DNA of 58,443 nt, filler included, from Sphacelaria rigidula (Eukaryota): NCBI GenBank assembly GCA_964200075.2. It is 4 parts of 4 records of this genome, joined end to end, with 100 filler letters (N's around TTAATTAATTAA, not from the genome) between each part and the next. Parts side by side here need not be neighbours in the genome. Positions count along the whole stretch, not along the records: positions 14,637 to 29,172 come from CAXNAA020002197.1; positions 29,273 to 43,808 come from CAXNAA020002198.1; 2 more parts are not named here. One strand, written 5' to 3'. The translations under genes and the position numbers were made by a program. The notes under the pieces are model-generated. The model was given only the letters and a program-made list of their open reading frames with translations, ran no database searches and had not been told where the DNA came from. Positions within the stretch are counted from its first letter, which is position 1. The number at the start of each line of letters is the position of its first letter. This document shows positions 27,190-40,143 of this stretch, in pieces.

Positions 27190-27400
27190 GTTTTGTTTTG
27201 TTTTGTTTTGTTTTGTTTTGTTTTGTTTTGTTTTGTTTTGTTTTGTTTTGTTTTGTTTTGTTTTGTTTTGTTTTGTTTTGTTTTGTTTTGTTTTGTTTTG
27301 TTTTGTTTTGTTTTGTTTTGTTTTGTTTTGTTTTGTTTAGTTTTGTTTGGTTTTGTTTAGTTTTGTTTTGTTTAGTTTTGTTTAGTTTAGTTTTGTTTTG
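27190..27400 (+). repeat. (GTTTT)n microsatellite
   Basis: About 29 perfect GTTTT units followed by degenerate units. Confidence 0.97.
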
Positions 27401-27429
27401 TTTTGTCTTGTCTTGTTTTATTTCGTCTT

Positions 27430-27960
27430 GTCTTGTCTTGTTTTCTTATGTGATGTGTTTGTTAATACGTGTTGTATTTTGCCTTTGTTTTTACTTTTTC
27501 GTTCTGTGTTACGTTTTGTTTTGTTTTCCTTTCTCTTCTTGTGTGTAGTGCCTTGTGTTCTTGTGTATGCACTCCCATGTTTGTTTTTTGTTTCGTGTTG
27601 CGTTTATGGAGTATCCGAGGTTCACACCTCTTGAACATTCCTGAACTTCGACCCTCTTCGTACATCCGTACTGATTTCTGGTAAATGTCTGTTTTGATTT
27701 GTTTTGACTTGTTTTGACTTGTTTTCCTATGTGATTTGTTTTCTTTATGAGTGTTTTTTTGCTTTTGCTTTTTATTTTGTTTGCTTTTTTATTATATTTT
27801 GTTTTGTTTTCCTCTCTCTTCTTGTATGTAGTGTCTTTCGTTCTTGTGTATGCACTCCCCTGTTCTGTTTGTTTTGTTTTGTTTCGTGTTGCGTTCATAA
27901 AGTGTCCGGTGTTCACACGCCTTGAACACTCCCGTACTTCGACGTTTTTCGTACATCTGG
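27430..27960 (+). repeat. Tandem duplication of a T-rich block (period ~280-290 bp)
   Basis: TTCTTGTGTATGCACTCCC and CTTGAACA..CC..ACTTCGAC each occur twice. Confidence 0.7.
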
Positions 27961-29172
27961 AATGATCTCCCTCTCAGAGCAGGTCCCCACGGTGTGAGCT
28001 ATGGTCCGCTTCGATCAGCTAAGTCCACCACTACCGATCACCTTCACCAGATTGGTCCCCACAGAGTGTGCTGCTGCTCGTCGCTTTATATTTTCTTGAG
28101 TGAACTTGATTCCTTGAACTAAGGCATGGCCGCCCCGAGCGGTGTAGTATGTTACATGCTTGATCGGTTCTGTTGTTGAAACGCGTCGCATATTACACGG
28201 TGATCGTGGTCATGTATTACCATTTTGTATCATGTTCGAGGGTATATACATATGTATATATATATATTTGGAATCGAAGATTCTTCAGCTTTGTTGTTTC
28301 GATATTTGCAGTGTACAATCAGTCCGCTGTTTTTCTCTTTTGATTCACTGTGCCAGTTAGTACCTACGGTCAATCGCCCCGGAAATCTGTGTGGTGATCA
28401 AGTTTTTTAATCAGGAGAGTTTGTTGATGGCGAATTACCCGTGATCGTACGCCCGGCTGGAGTGTATCCTCCCGTTTGTGCGCGCACCCTCTCGCTTTTC
28501 GTCTGAACGGACAATCACTGAGGGAGCGGATCGTGTTGGCCCCCTCTCTCCACGTGCTTGTCGTGGTTCAGAATCGTGTCGGGATAGCCGCCTCGAATTT
28601 ATCATCGATGGTTGTGTATCTCCCACCTATGTTTTTCATGACGATATAGATAGTTACTCGCTGCGATCGGCTGTCCCGTACTCGTCGAGTATATGGATCA
28701 TGGTTGTATACGACTGGACCGTCAAGCGGTCGCATTAGTTAATTCGTGATCCCTGCGCTAACATGGACCGAACATTATTCACCTCCAACGAGTTTTTTTG
28801 GTATCATGCGTATTATGTTTGATTTTTTCAATGTTTTTCCTCATGGGAAATGTCTTTCCCACTAATGGGTATCCATTGAGTCACCCTACGATAGGAGGGG
28901 GGGGTATTTGATTGCACCAAAAATAAGGCTGATAAGTGTGTCAGGTGACCTGCAACACTCGCGATGCGCTTGTATTTGGTTCAAAACGGTGTCAACCGGT
29001 ATGAATGAGCGTTATGTATCTATAACAAGCTCGTTCGAGTAACCTTTGCTGCTTTCAGCGGCGATTTGTCTAGGAATTTCGTGCAAGAAGTGGCCCAAAA
29101 TACCCCCCCCCCCCCCCCTATCGTGGGGGGCCCCGTCTCGAAAGGGGTGCGCGGGGACATGTCCAAGACAAA

Positions 29173-29272
29173 NNNNNNNNNNNNNNNNNNNNNNNNNNNN
29201 NNNNNNNNNNNNNNNNTTAATTAATTAANNNNNNNNNNNNNNNNNNNNNNNNNNNNNNNNNNNNNNNNNNNN
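29173..29272. other. Artificial contig linker
   Basis: 44 N + TTAATTAATTAA + 44 N. Confidence 0.97.
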
Positions 29273-30016
29273 ACCACGGCGCTTCGCGCTTGGTGATTGA
29301 GTGCGAGCCTGGTCCGGCGATAACCCGGCGTGCTCCGTCCCGGCCTTGTAGGGTTGCGAGGTCAATGGTCTTATGACTACGGCATACATGATCATGAGTA
29401 CATCCCCTCCTCCGTAAGCCTTGAAATTCAAGGTCCTGTGACTACGGCATGCAAAATCATGAGTACACCCCCAACCTAGGTAAATATCGTTCCTGTATTT
29501 TCGAGGGACATGTGGAAATGACCTTTCAACGCCGCCTAGAGGTCAAGATTTTTTTCTCGTCTTTCGTGCATGATTTTCAGCCCGACGGTATGCGGGTTCC
29601 CAGGTTCCATTTCCTTCGGCGAAGACTTTGTAGCTCAACGGAACGGCCCTAAAGTTACAGTTACACTGGATCCCCCACCGCTTCTGCGGCTCACTCAGCT
29701 GTGGATACGGGACTTTCCTGCCTTGATCGAGGTCAGACTCGAACTTGAGACTTTCCGGCCCAATGGTCAACACTTCTTTTAACAACACCGCCATCCAAAC
29801 AGACAACAGTCCCGTAAAAGCTCATGTTGTGGGAGTTATTCTTGTTCCCCTTCACCAGATTTTACGCACGCACTTGACACAAGATGACCATCTCTGCGGC
29901 TCCTAGTGGCGCCACGATCGTGTACCGCAATGCTCGGGTGCTACAGCACAGTTGCCATCACCTACGACGCAACTCTTTGCATACAACGGCAACAACTACC
30001 AAGAACCAGCACTCAC

Positions 30017-33000
30017 GGAAGCTCCGGTTCTGAAAGTAGACAGGGGCGGTGAAGTCCGCGGCCCGGCCGATACGGTCGCTCTTTCCGAACGGCGCGTAGG
30101 GTACGTCGAGGAATTGCTCTGGCAAAACCCTGTTGATACGGAGACGCAAGGTGCACATGCGCGCAGGACAGGCGGGTGTCGAGATATTAAGTGAACGCCT
30201 CAGCGTACGCATGTGGCCGATCCAGACTCACAACAGTACAGTGCAGTGCAACACAGCGCAGCGAAGCACAGTCAAGAAGTGTGCTGCTACGGTACAATGG
30301 AGGACCTGTGCAGCCAGCTGCTTCACACCACAGTACAGTAGGGTGTGCGCGAAATAGTGGTCGATTTGTCCATGGATATATCAACAACACAATGATTTAG
30401 GGCGTACGCTAACATTCGCATATTCAGGGAGCAAAAAGTCCCGAGCCGTCAATAGCGTGTGGTGCACGCGGGCCAGGCGTCGTCGATTCAAGCTTCGCCG
30501 ACGCACACCATGCCAACAGTACATGGCACGAGCCTCTCCTCCCTCCTTGCTTCCAAAAAATACGTGTTGCTGCAGAAAAAAATCCAGCTCCTAATTCTCA
30601 GTCGAGTTAAAAGCCTCTCAGGCGCAGGCTGCTGTTAAATTTCTGCATTATTTCGTCGTGCTACTACTGTAATTTTCACTATTCTTCATTCTTTGGCGCA
30701 CTCTCCGCATATGTGCGCATTGTTGGATGTGAAATCACGTGTGAAAAGTCACTCACATAAAACAGCGCAGCACACGAGGATCATATGTACTCCAACATAC
30801 GTTTCCCCCCACGCTGGTTGTCACTAAGGCAAGCAACAAATGAGTACGCCCCCCCCCACGCTGGTTGTCGGTCCGAACAGGGTCGGGGAGTTGGAATACA
30901 AATTGGATGTATCCCTTTAAAATATTTCCGAGCGTGGCAGTACGCAGAATAACAATGCCCAGTAATGCTGCGGCACCGAGATGGGTGCGAACGCTGACTC
31001 CGATTTTGTCACGTGCCGGGACAGCAGGCGATCTGTGGTGGGGGGAGCAGTGCCACGTGAAGGAGGAGCGAGTAGCTGCTTCTCGAGGATGCAAGGACGA
31101 TCACTGCAGGCACAACGGAAGCTGAACACGTCGTTCTATTCCAAGTCGCGCAGGAGCTGCTTTTCCTACGCTAGATGCGGGAGTTTATGATGTCAGAGTT
31201 GGAGAGTCACCTCATGACCATCAGGGAAGACGAAGGACCCATCAAATTGCCCAACGAGCACGCGAGCCGCAGGACGACGCCATCCGACGTCAAACATCAC
31301 ATCGTCTGCGACACGATGAGCAGTGGAAGGCCCACGTCATCTACGTTGAGACGCAGGAACAGCATGCAGATATTCTCACTCACCAAGCAAGCCCCTGGAT
31401 TTCAAGATTTTTCTCGATTATACGGGGGTTTTGATGGAACACAGAATACACTATATACTCGAAGGTAGGCGTTCTTCCAGGTGAAGTAGGGAGTACGAAG
31501 AGGGGATGAGGGAAAAAACTTGGAGTGTCGCAGAAGTCAAGTACGCTGTAGAGCAGGTGAGGGTGTCTGAGAATGATGACTTACACGGTACACTAGCTAG
31601 AAAACATAGTCGCTGACTCAGGTAAAACTGTCGTATCGATGATATACAAATCATCGTAGCGGGACGTACCGAGAGCATTTTATATATCTCAAATCGACAT
31701 CAGATCTACAGATAGCTACGGATATTGTGCGGAAAGCTCTCGACTGTTCTCTGGCAGGTTTCCAGAAGGTGGTTCAAGAAGAAATAGCTGGAGAATTCGT
31801 TAGATACGGCGTTCGCGCAAGACGTTGAACTTCACCTAAACCTCTCCTGACCTGGTACCCTATCCATATAATTCATAGTTCAGACTTCATCCCGAGTGTC
31901 CAGCAGAAGTATCGAAACAACTCCTGTCGGCCAAGTGTGATGGCCGACACCAGAGGGCTGAAATGGACATCCAAAAAAGCATGATAGGAGGAATGATAGG
32001 GGGAACCATCCCACACTCTCAAGGTACACGAACATCGGATCATCTTAAACAAGCTTCACCATCACCAGCTATCTGCTGGTGTTAAATAATAACAACAGCC
32101 TTTCAGTTCTGGAGAATGTTCGATTCGAGTTTTTTTCGCGTCGCTAAGAGTTCTGCAACTATTCCGCCCCTTCCTCGACTCCAATGCGTAATTCACCCAT
32201 GTTCTTTGCCGCAGTGACCCAATCGTGAGCGTCCTTGACCTACCCACAGTAGACGAACCATCTCGGCAGTGCTCTGTTGTATGGAATAGCCTCTGGTATA
32301 CTTAGATTGCCCTGGAGTCGTTCCTCCCAGTGTTTGAGGGGGGCGGCCAGCCTCGGAAGGCCCTAGTGCGGCGAACCATCCGAGTATGATACGCTTTGGA
32401 AGACGTGTTTTGTCCTGTATTACAAGGGCCCGCGTCAACCAGAGTTGACACTTGGGAATGTTAATCTCTGCACGGTTAGAACGAATCATCACGACTCAGA
32501 ATCACCGATTTCACGATTTCTTCGGCCTAATTGCCCAAAAGGGAGAAAAAATTGATCACTGGTCCAAGGGGTGCCCACGCAACTTTGCGCCATTCCACGT
32601 ATCTGGACTGCGTGTACCTGGGTTGCAAAGCTGAAATAAAGCCTAGGGATTGATTCNNNNNNNNNNCTAAAACCAAGTAATTTCCAAACGAATCAATATT
32701 TGTCCGACCCTTGCATCTCTGTACGAAATAGTAATAGTATCATACAGCTTGTTTGGTATCTCCTGCGGAATCCAACCACTTGCAGCAAAAGCTTGCGGTG
32801 GGGAGCGCGGAACGCGAAGACTGTCGAACTCCTCGGGAAACAGTGTTCATCTTGCACATCCGCACACCGTCCATGAGCGACAACGTCGGTAGTGCATGAG
32901 CAGCACACAGCTTGCCCGTTCCGGTAAATCTTGTCGATGCTGCACATGCAACTTCGGGCAGTGCGCAGGGCACCTTGAGTATCGACTGCCAATAGTAGTG

Positions 33001-36000
33001 GGTATCCAAGAGGAATGATGACTCCGCCAAAGTACACAGTGCCCCGGGGACTACATGAGGGATCGACCGCTCGTTGTATCGAGTGTCTCAAAGCATGTAA
33101 TAGTAAGAGTATCGACGTCTGAACACACTGAGTATTCGAGAGGACCTCGAGTATCAAATCATACCAGGTACTTTTCAGAGTATCCAAGGGTATTGGCTGC
33201 CTACAAGTTTTGGCTATTCCGAGAGTACCTGGGGTATCGACACCTCAAATTACCCATATTGGGACTCTTGACATCTGTTGAACTTCCCTGTGGCATTGTT
33301 CACAACAAAAACAGTTTTCTGCACATATATTCTCGAGGCCGGGATTACCCCGATTGTGCACCGATATAGATCATTTTGACAACACCTTTGGATCCGCCAA
33401 ACCTTCGTCTCTTGGGACTGAGAGTCCTCCGTCAAGTTCCGAATGAAGTCTTGTACAAACCGGTATATATTCCACCATCGGATTCCAGCGCCATACATAC
33501 GGAAAACTCTACTGACTGTGACTGATATCCTCCATGGGTCATTTGAAGTCTGTTTTGCCAAGCGCCCAGTGGTACGATGGCCTTTTGTTGGCCTGGCTTT
33601 TCTATCCCCTCGGCACCCACGCACCAGAAGGAAGTTTCCTCCACCTTAGCCGGGGTTCGGAATAAGTATTTTTGATGGAGACACGACGCTTACATGCAAA
33701 CGCTGTTGTCACGAACACACGCGCTTGTCAGACATTACGGCACTGCAGTGAACTATGGTCTGCAGTCAGTTGTCCGTGCACACAGCAGGCCCACCAGCAC
33801 TTCCGCCCCACAAACAATAAAACAGAACAAAAAGATTGCAGTAGCCGTGATGGCGCCAGCAGCAACTGCGGGGCATGCACTTGGTCAAAACTGTTTATTG
33901 CTGAACGGCACAGTGCAGTCTGAAGATATTCGTGTATGACCAGGGCCAGATAGCCGCACAAGGTATGTACAGAGGCAGTGATTGCGCCGACAACTGTACA
34001 AATGAGACATTCATCTGGTCAACACACATACTTGAACCGTTCTTGTTGCTGCAGGCCGGGTGTGCGGGTGTGCTTGGGTGATGTTGGGTTCGGGCATGAC
34101 GTTGGCGTATAATTTGTTGTGCCCTACCCCCAACGGATGAGCACCAAAATGTTGGAGGTGTCTTCATTAGAAGTAGGAATGGTGCTACGTCACGAAAGGG
34201 ATGCATGGTCAATGGTCGAACGATCTAGGTGAGCAACAAATAAGTACGCCCCCCCCACCCCCAATCCCCGGCTCGCCACTGAGATGACATGCGTGTTGCT
34301 TGCGTATGTGTCAAAGTGTGTGTTCGTCCTGCCCAATCGCCTGTCGGGGATTGGAGGTGTACTCATGATCATGCTTGCATAATCACGAGTACACCCCCAA
34401 TACCCGACAGGCGAATGGGCGGGACAAACACACACTTTGACACATACGCAAGCAACACGCATGTCATCTCAGTGGTGAGCTTGTGCCTTACACAAAACCT
34501 CAACAGGCACCGTAGGTAAGGTAGGTACCCGGTACCGGTATTTAGGATATCTCATACTCTACCGATACCGGTCCAATCTGGTACTTTGAAATGGCATACC
34601 TACGATACCTACGATATCAGGGTATTTCGATATTTCAATACCTACCGTACTCGCTCAGTCCGGTATTTTGAAATGTCATACCTACGATACCTACGCATAC
34701 CACGGAATGGAATACCCCGGTAAATACCGGGGGTACGCTCGGTACGGGACCTTACGTACGGTGCCTGCGAAGACCTCTGCTTCCTTCCGCGGCTTGTTGC
34801 TGCTCAGCGTGAGGCAGACAGGTCCTACATAAGCCTTGACCCTCTCAACCAAGTGTATCTGCTGTGTTGCTATTAGAGGGGAAAACGCAAAATCTGAAAT
34901 CTGCATTAGCGCACGAACGTCCTGCCAGGTTTCCCTCGCTACAATACGTTCATCCTCCACGGGACTGTCAGGTATTGCAGCAGGACGCAGGCCGCGGGCG
35001 CTAAAACCTTTAAAAGCTATTTTGGGGGGTTCGGAATAGTGCTTCTGATGAAAGACAAAACCTCCATGTAGAAACAGGGTGGGTCGGGGTCGGCCGGACC
35101 GTTGCCACTATACATATCCCAATTATATTGACTACAGTCCAGAGTACAATACAATACAGTAGTGCACTTGTAATGGGGGGTGAAAACCACCATGAGCAGT
35201 GACCGTGTCATCACCGCATGTGGTATGGCATGTAAGAAGGTGTTACAAGCCGTGACCTACAAACGGGCACGCCGCTGTGATATTTTCGCACAGGCAGACG
35301 GCGCCCAGAAGTCGAACCTGCGTGCTCAACCGTGAACATAGACCGCTACACTTGCTGCAGTCCAATTCCGCGGGATTTTTTAGTATTTCTTGTCGGAAAA
35401 TAAGGACTTGGACGCTGTGAGGGTTGTGGACTGAGGGGGGCACGTCAGGGTTTTCTCGGGACCGTCAACAGTACCTATCCTGACTCTGGCATGGCATTTT
35501 CAGTGTACGCATTTTAATAATGATTTACCCTCTCTCGAATCGTTCTCTTCAATCATGAGTTTTTCTTGGGTGCAATTTGCTTTGAACTCGATGAGGTATG
35601 AACACGAGAAATTGGACCAAAAAAGAAACTGATTTACCCCTGTCTTTTCCTACAGTATCGATTGTTGATTTTGTCCTTGGTCGATGATTTTGCGCCTCCT
35701 CAGTGTGCGTTTGTACCTGCTCTACGGTACAGTGTATTTAGGGCTTTACCACTTTCGAAGCCTCTTTCTCTGTATTTTCTTTCCCATCTCTCCGAGTACG
35801 CGTTCTTTTCTCCGGGTGTATGCAAGTAGGAGTTTGGTGGCTCGCTTCCGTTGGGTTCATGGATGAGAGCTTTACACCCGAACTACTGAGGCCAAAGCAG
35901 ATGAACCGCGATCGTTCCCCGCTTCTATTTTTTTCACGACTGGGGATGAGTGCATCCTTTTTGCGCAACGCCTTCTCTTACCTGAACCAAGTTGCAAAAG

Positions 36001-37159
36001 TTGTTTGTCTTTGTTTCGTCTTGTTTTGTTCTGCACTTTTCGTCTCTATTTTCTCGGTCTACTGCATCTGTTTTACTCTCCTGTTTTTCTTCATTCTTCT
36101 TCAGCGAGTGTTTCCGTTCTGTTCAATCTCGGGTACGTCTGTCCTGTGAATAATGACCACGGTAAGGCTTGATTGTGACTACCCTGGGGATTAGATAATT
36201 AATGTGAGACATCCAAACCAATCAGCTTTGATCTCGTGTAACCATGGTTGGACTCGTATCGGAACAGTTTGTGTGTGCCACGGTCACTTGAACAAGGTTG
36301 GGCCGAGAAATTCTCGGCACCGGAGCCAAACAATACTCGTCGAGCCACTCAACACTTGTGCCTGTCCCTACAGTAGCCTCACGGTGACGGGTGCATTTTG
36401 CGCACGAAAGTACGGAGATAAAACAGCCACATCATTTAGACCTTCTGTCACACACGACCGGTGTCTTTTGCACTGAGTGTGCGCACTGTTGTTGAGTACC
36501 GGTCAATTTCGATATCACGCAGACGGTACAGGGACGTCCTGTACACACGCACTCCTTCGAAAAATGCCTTACATACAGCACGGCACGGAGCGCATCTTCA
36601 TTCTGCGCATGGGAAACGCGAAATTCCGCGAATTCTGCGTAACTCGCTATGCTTGTATTTAGTTCGGCGCTCGACTGCCGCAATCGTCGGAGCTCGTGGA
36701 CTTGCAGCGCACAAATTAGCTCCATCATCAAATGGGAATGACTGACATGTACTCAAATAACAAGCCAGACAGTCCAACTGTGCTGTAGACGTGAGTACAG
36801 ATACACGGAATAGAGTCCTCGACAGTGGAGTGGTACATGATTTCCAAGCGCTGCAGAGTTGCGATGCATGCCGCGGCAGAATGCACTGCACATGTGTGGC
36901 TCTCGCCAGCACCGATTCATTGCAGAACGCATTGACGACAAGCATAAGCACACATTCCACACACCCTCCCCAGGTTTGAAATAGCGGACGCTACTCACAT
37001 AATGCATCCGCAAACGAGAGAAATGCCATTCCAAACGTTGCACATATGTAGATAGTTGGCACATGTTGCGACAGAGTACTGTACTCACCTGGAGTCCGGT
37101 CCCCAACCCTCCTCGTTGATATTGACCACAGGCGTGCTGAATATACCCTCGTCTTCCAT
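30017..37159 (-). CDS. EIF3D: Eukaryotic translation initiation factor 3 subunit D, exons 1-2 only (rest not in this contig)
   Basis: Exon 1 at 37159-37089 (MEDEGIFSTPVVNINEEGWGPDS, phase 2, GTGAGT donor). Exon 2 at 30129-30017 (VLPEQFLDVPYAPFGKSDRIGRAADFTAPVYFQNRSF, GTGAGT donor). Together they match the eIF3d N-terminal signature GWGP..PEQF.D.PY.PF.K.DR.G..AD.T. Confidence 0.88.
30980..31400 (+). mobile_element. Ty1/Copia RNase H remnant in eIF3d intron 1
   Basis: Degenerate motifs ADSDFVTCRDSRRSVVGG, CFSRMQ, IREDEGPIKL..SRRT..DVKHHIVCD and QHADILT in shifting frames. Confidence 0.75.
34271..34480. repeat. 210-nt near-perfect palindrome (candidate hairpin RNA / miRNA precursor, or MITE)
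   Basis: Arms at 34271-34374 and 34377-34480, 104 bp each, no indels, 8 mismatches, 2-nt centre. Confidence 0.9.
34512..34757. repeat. Small repetitive element with recurring TACCTACGA/GGTAT motifs
   Basis: Several ATACCTACGAT copies and weak TIRs (GTAAGGT...ACCTTAC). Confidence 0.4.
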
Positions 37160-38273
37160 GTTTCCCGCTTTTACCACCCTTCCGAGCTATCTACTCAGCT
37201 GGTTCGGGACTGAAAGCGAGGGAGCTCTGCACCACAAAAAAGCTTGGCAAGGACAAGAGTACCCCTTCAGAACAGGTAACAAAGCAGATGCCAATAGTCG
37301 ACGTCTTTGAAAAATATTTGGCTCCACAAAAGCACGGAGTTCTTGGCTTTCTTCTCCCAATGGAAGTCGTACAGATCTTCAGATGCCGTGGTTGGCTGGA
37401 TGAGCGTTGCCAGAAGAGCGTTCACACCCAAGACCGCAAGGGAAAGTGATAGAAAACAAATTAAAATTAAATAACCCCCTCAGCCATTATCCATGATACT
37501 CTACCCCGCCGTCCCGATCAAGTACAAAAGATTTCACGGTTTATGTCAAACTGTCTGTACCCCGATCCCCGATACCCCGAATGGACTTACGTGATGATAT
37601 CAGATGCTGAGAAGCCGAGAGCAATAGAGGTACCTCAAACTAGAGATTCCGCTTGGCAGTTGATAAATATATCGGGAGCATCGAGATGAAATACCTCTGA
37701 TGAATGGTGGCAGAATAATGGCAGGCCATGCAAGGGCCATGTGCATGTATTTTCCAGCGGAGATGATGTATTTGGGTGGGCTATCAGAGTTTTATGATGA
37801 TGGCGTTGTGATGGTCTGAAAGTTGGGCCGCCACTGCGATCCTTGTCTTTTTCTCCACAACCCTGCCTGTCTTTATCGTAGTAATCACACCTGCCTCCGA
37901 ACCTCGGCCAGAGCTTGGCCAGAGAGAGTATTTTTGTTTATATCCATCGACTGGGGGTGCTCAAAATGCCTCGAACAAGTTGATTACTGAATTCAACTCG
38001 GGTTATGATACAAGAAGGAACAGAAAAAAGAGGAGAAAAAGAAGGGAAATGGTATGGCATGAACAAGTCAAAGCATGATGCACAACCTTGTGCCTTGGGA
38101 GCGGTGCTTAGATCTGACCAACGGGATGTGCCGAAGTTTTCAACCGAAGATGATGAAGGAAACAAAAAAACACATGGTACTTGGTACTGTACTGTAACGG
38201 TCTTTAGATTTTTTCGCAGCACAGGCAAGGCCCTGTCAGCGCTTGCCAGTCTGTTTTATTCTCTCATAGAGAA

Positions 38274-40143
38274 ATGCGACGGCCGAGAGCCTTCACGAGC
38301 ACAGGCATGAAGGCTGAACCGCTGCCGCCACCGCCACGAAAACCCCTCGGATGGCGGAAACCTCTCGAGGAGGACTGGACACCCAGCAGCAACCCGTTGA
38401 CGCGAAGCAGGTCAGCCAGGCCCTCTTGTACAAAGTATACGATACTTTCTTCAGTGCCGTGCAGAGTAAGATGCCCGTATGGGGAACAATCGATTGTCAG
38501 GGGGATGTGAACATACGCGTACAGACAGACAAAACCATGACCGCCTGACTTGGCGCGTGCTTCGCTCCCGCAGCTTCGCCGTCCAGGCCCCGGGGAGTGG
38601 GGACATGCGCCCCAGCAGATGCCCTAGAGGGATGTTTTCGCCTTCTTCTCGCCGATTGTATGTGCCATAAAGCGCAAGAACCACCTCTGGACTTCGCCTA
38701 TGCACCAGCCACATTTCTCAGAATCATTGAGGGCAATTGATGAGATTTTATGTGCGCAAGAACTTGCACCTCATACTGGTAATGTACAAACGTAGTCCGA
38801 CGGCGTGGTCGCGAAGCTGCTGTTCCATTTCCCATGAAGTGCGTTTTCCCCCCGGCCTGCCCCCTCCCATAAGCCCCCCAACTCCCTGGCCTCGCTATTT
38901 CTGCCTTCCCCCGATTACTATATTTCATCGTACATCTGAACAACGCAGCTCGCCCTGCCACTGCAGTTCCTGCGAGCAAGATAGCCCTTCGCCTTCCAGA
39001 GCAGTTTCGACGCCACCTGCCAGCGTGCCGAATGCATCCAGATTTCTGGAGATGGGCCAAAACCATCACAATCACGGCCCTGTGTGGGATCAGCATCAGC
39101 AGGGATCGCCTTTGTTCTCGAGTCTCCGAACTCCTGTATCCCCGAGCGTGTCCCCGGGTGATTGCGGCAGTCCTGCCGCCGCCGCAGGCCCATCGGTGAT
39201 GTCTCGGAAATCGTCGATCTCGGGGCGCAGCGCTCCTGCTAGGCGAATCGTCCTATTTGGTGATTCAGCCGTGTCGCGTGAACAACAACCACCCTGTGAG
39301 GCAGGACCCGGCCGCACGAATCAGTCCGAGCGCAAGCGGGGTAGTGATGAGGCGCGAGGGATTATTTCCGTCGCCCCACCGTCTTGCCAAGAAGATACGG
39401 CGAAGAACGACATCAGTTCCTTCTTTGGTGCTGCTGCTTTCACTGCTGCTGCTGCCTCTCTTGCTGCTGCGGGTGCCAGAGCGGAAGCAGCACCTTCCAG
39501 TGTCATCAATGACAGCCCTGACGATTCGATCGTTCGAGCGCTGTCAGCAAACAATGAGGAAACCCCTATGAGACCCGTTGACCCAGCTGTCAACGGCACG
39601 ACTGCAAATCCCCCCGCGGCAGCGACGGGTACCCACCGAGACTTCGTATTTGCCACCGCGACAGCAACGGGAGCATCGGGCGTCACGTTCGGTGCTTCAG
39701 GTTGGAACCCCAGCTTGCCCGGTCCCAAAGTTCAACTCGGCGTGAACAGCAACGTGACCAGTGCGGACGTTACGTCACCGTTGTCATCCACGGAGAGTCA
39801 ACACCCGATCACCAGTATCGCGAGCGCAGCGGTCGCCTCTGCGCCACATCACCACGACCGCCTTGGTGCAGCAGCTGCCCTGTCCAGCTTCACGTTCTGC
39901 GCGCACGCTGGTCACAGCTCTGCAGCGGCGGCCTTGATCCCCGGAGCGATCGGCAAAGACGTCGCCAACAACGGGATTCGTGACAGTCCCGTAACAGATG
40001 CCGTCTCTGCCGCAGCCGCCGGTGAATGGAAAACGCCCGAAGCTGTGACCGGGACGTTCTCGCTGGGATCATCAGGAAAGGCCAACGGTGCTGTCGGTAG
40101 CAGCAGGCGCCCCCGTCGGTTGCGAATGCGTGTTGGAGGCTGA
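38274..40143 (+). CDS. Ser/Ala/Pro-rich, probably disordered protein with Nup1/Nup153-like C-terminus
   Basis: Exon 38274-38410 (phase 2, AG|GTCAG donor) joins exon 38967-40143 (CTGCAG acceptor) in frame with the 468-aa ORF, giving ~437 aa ending GTFSLGSSGKANGAVGSSRRPRRLRMRVGG. The start codon and possible extra exons are uncertain. Confidence 0.5.

Noticed and set aside
27134-27965. FCFVL-repeat and Lys-rich ORFs
   Set aside because: Translations of the (GTTTT)n microsatellite and its T-rich flanks.
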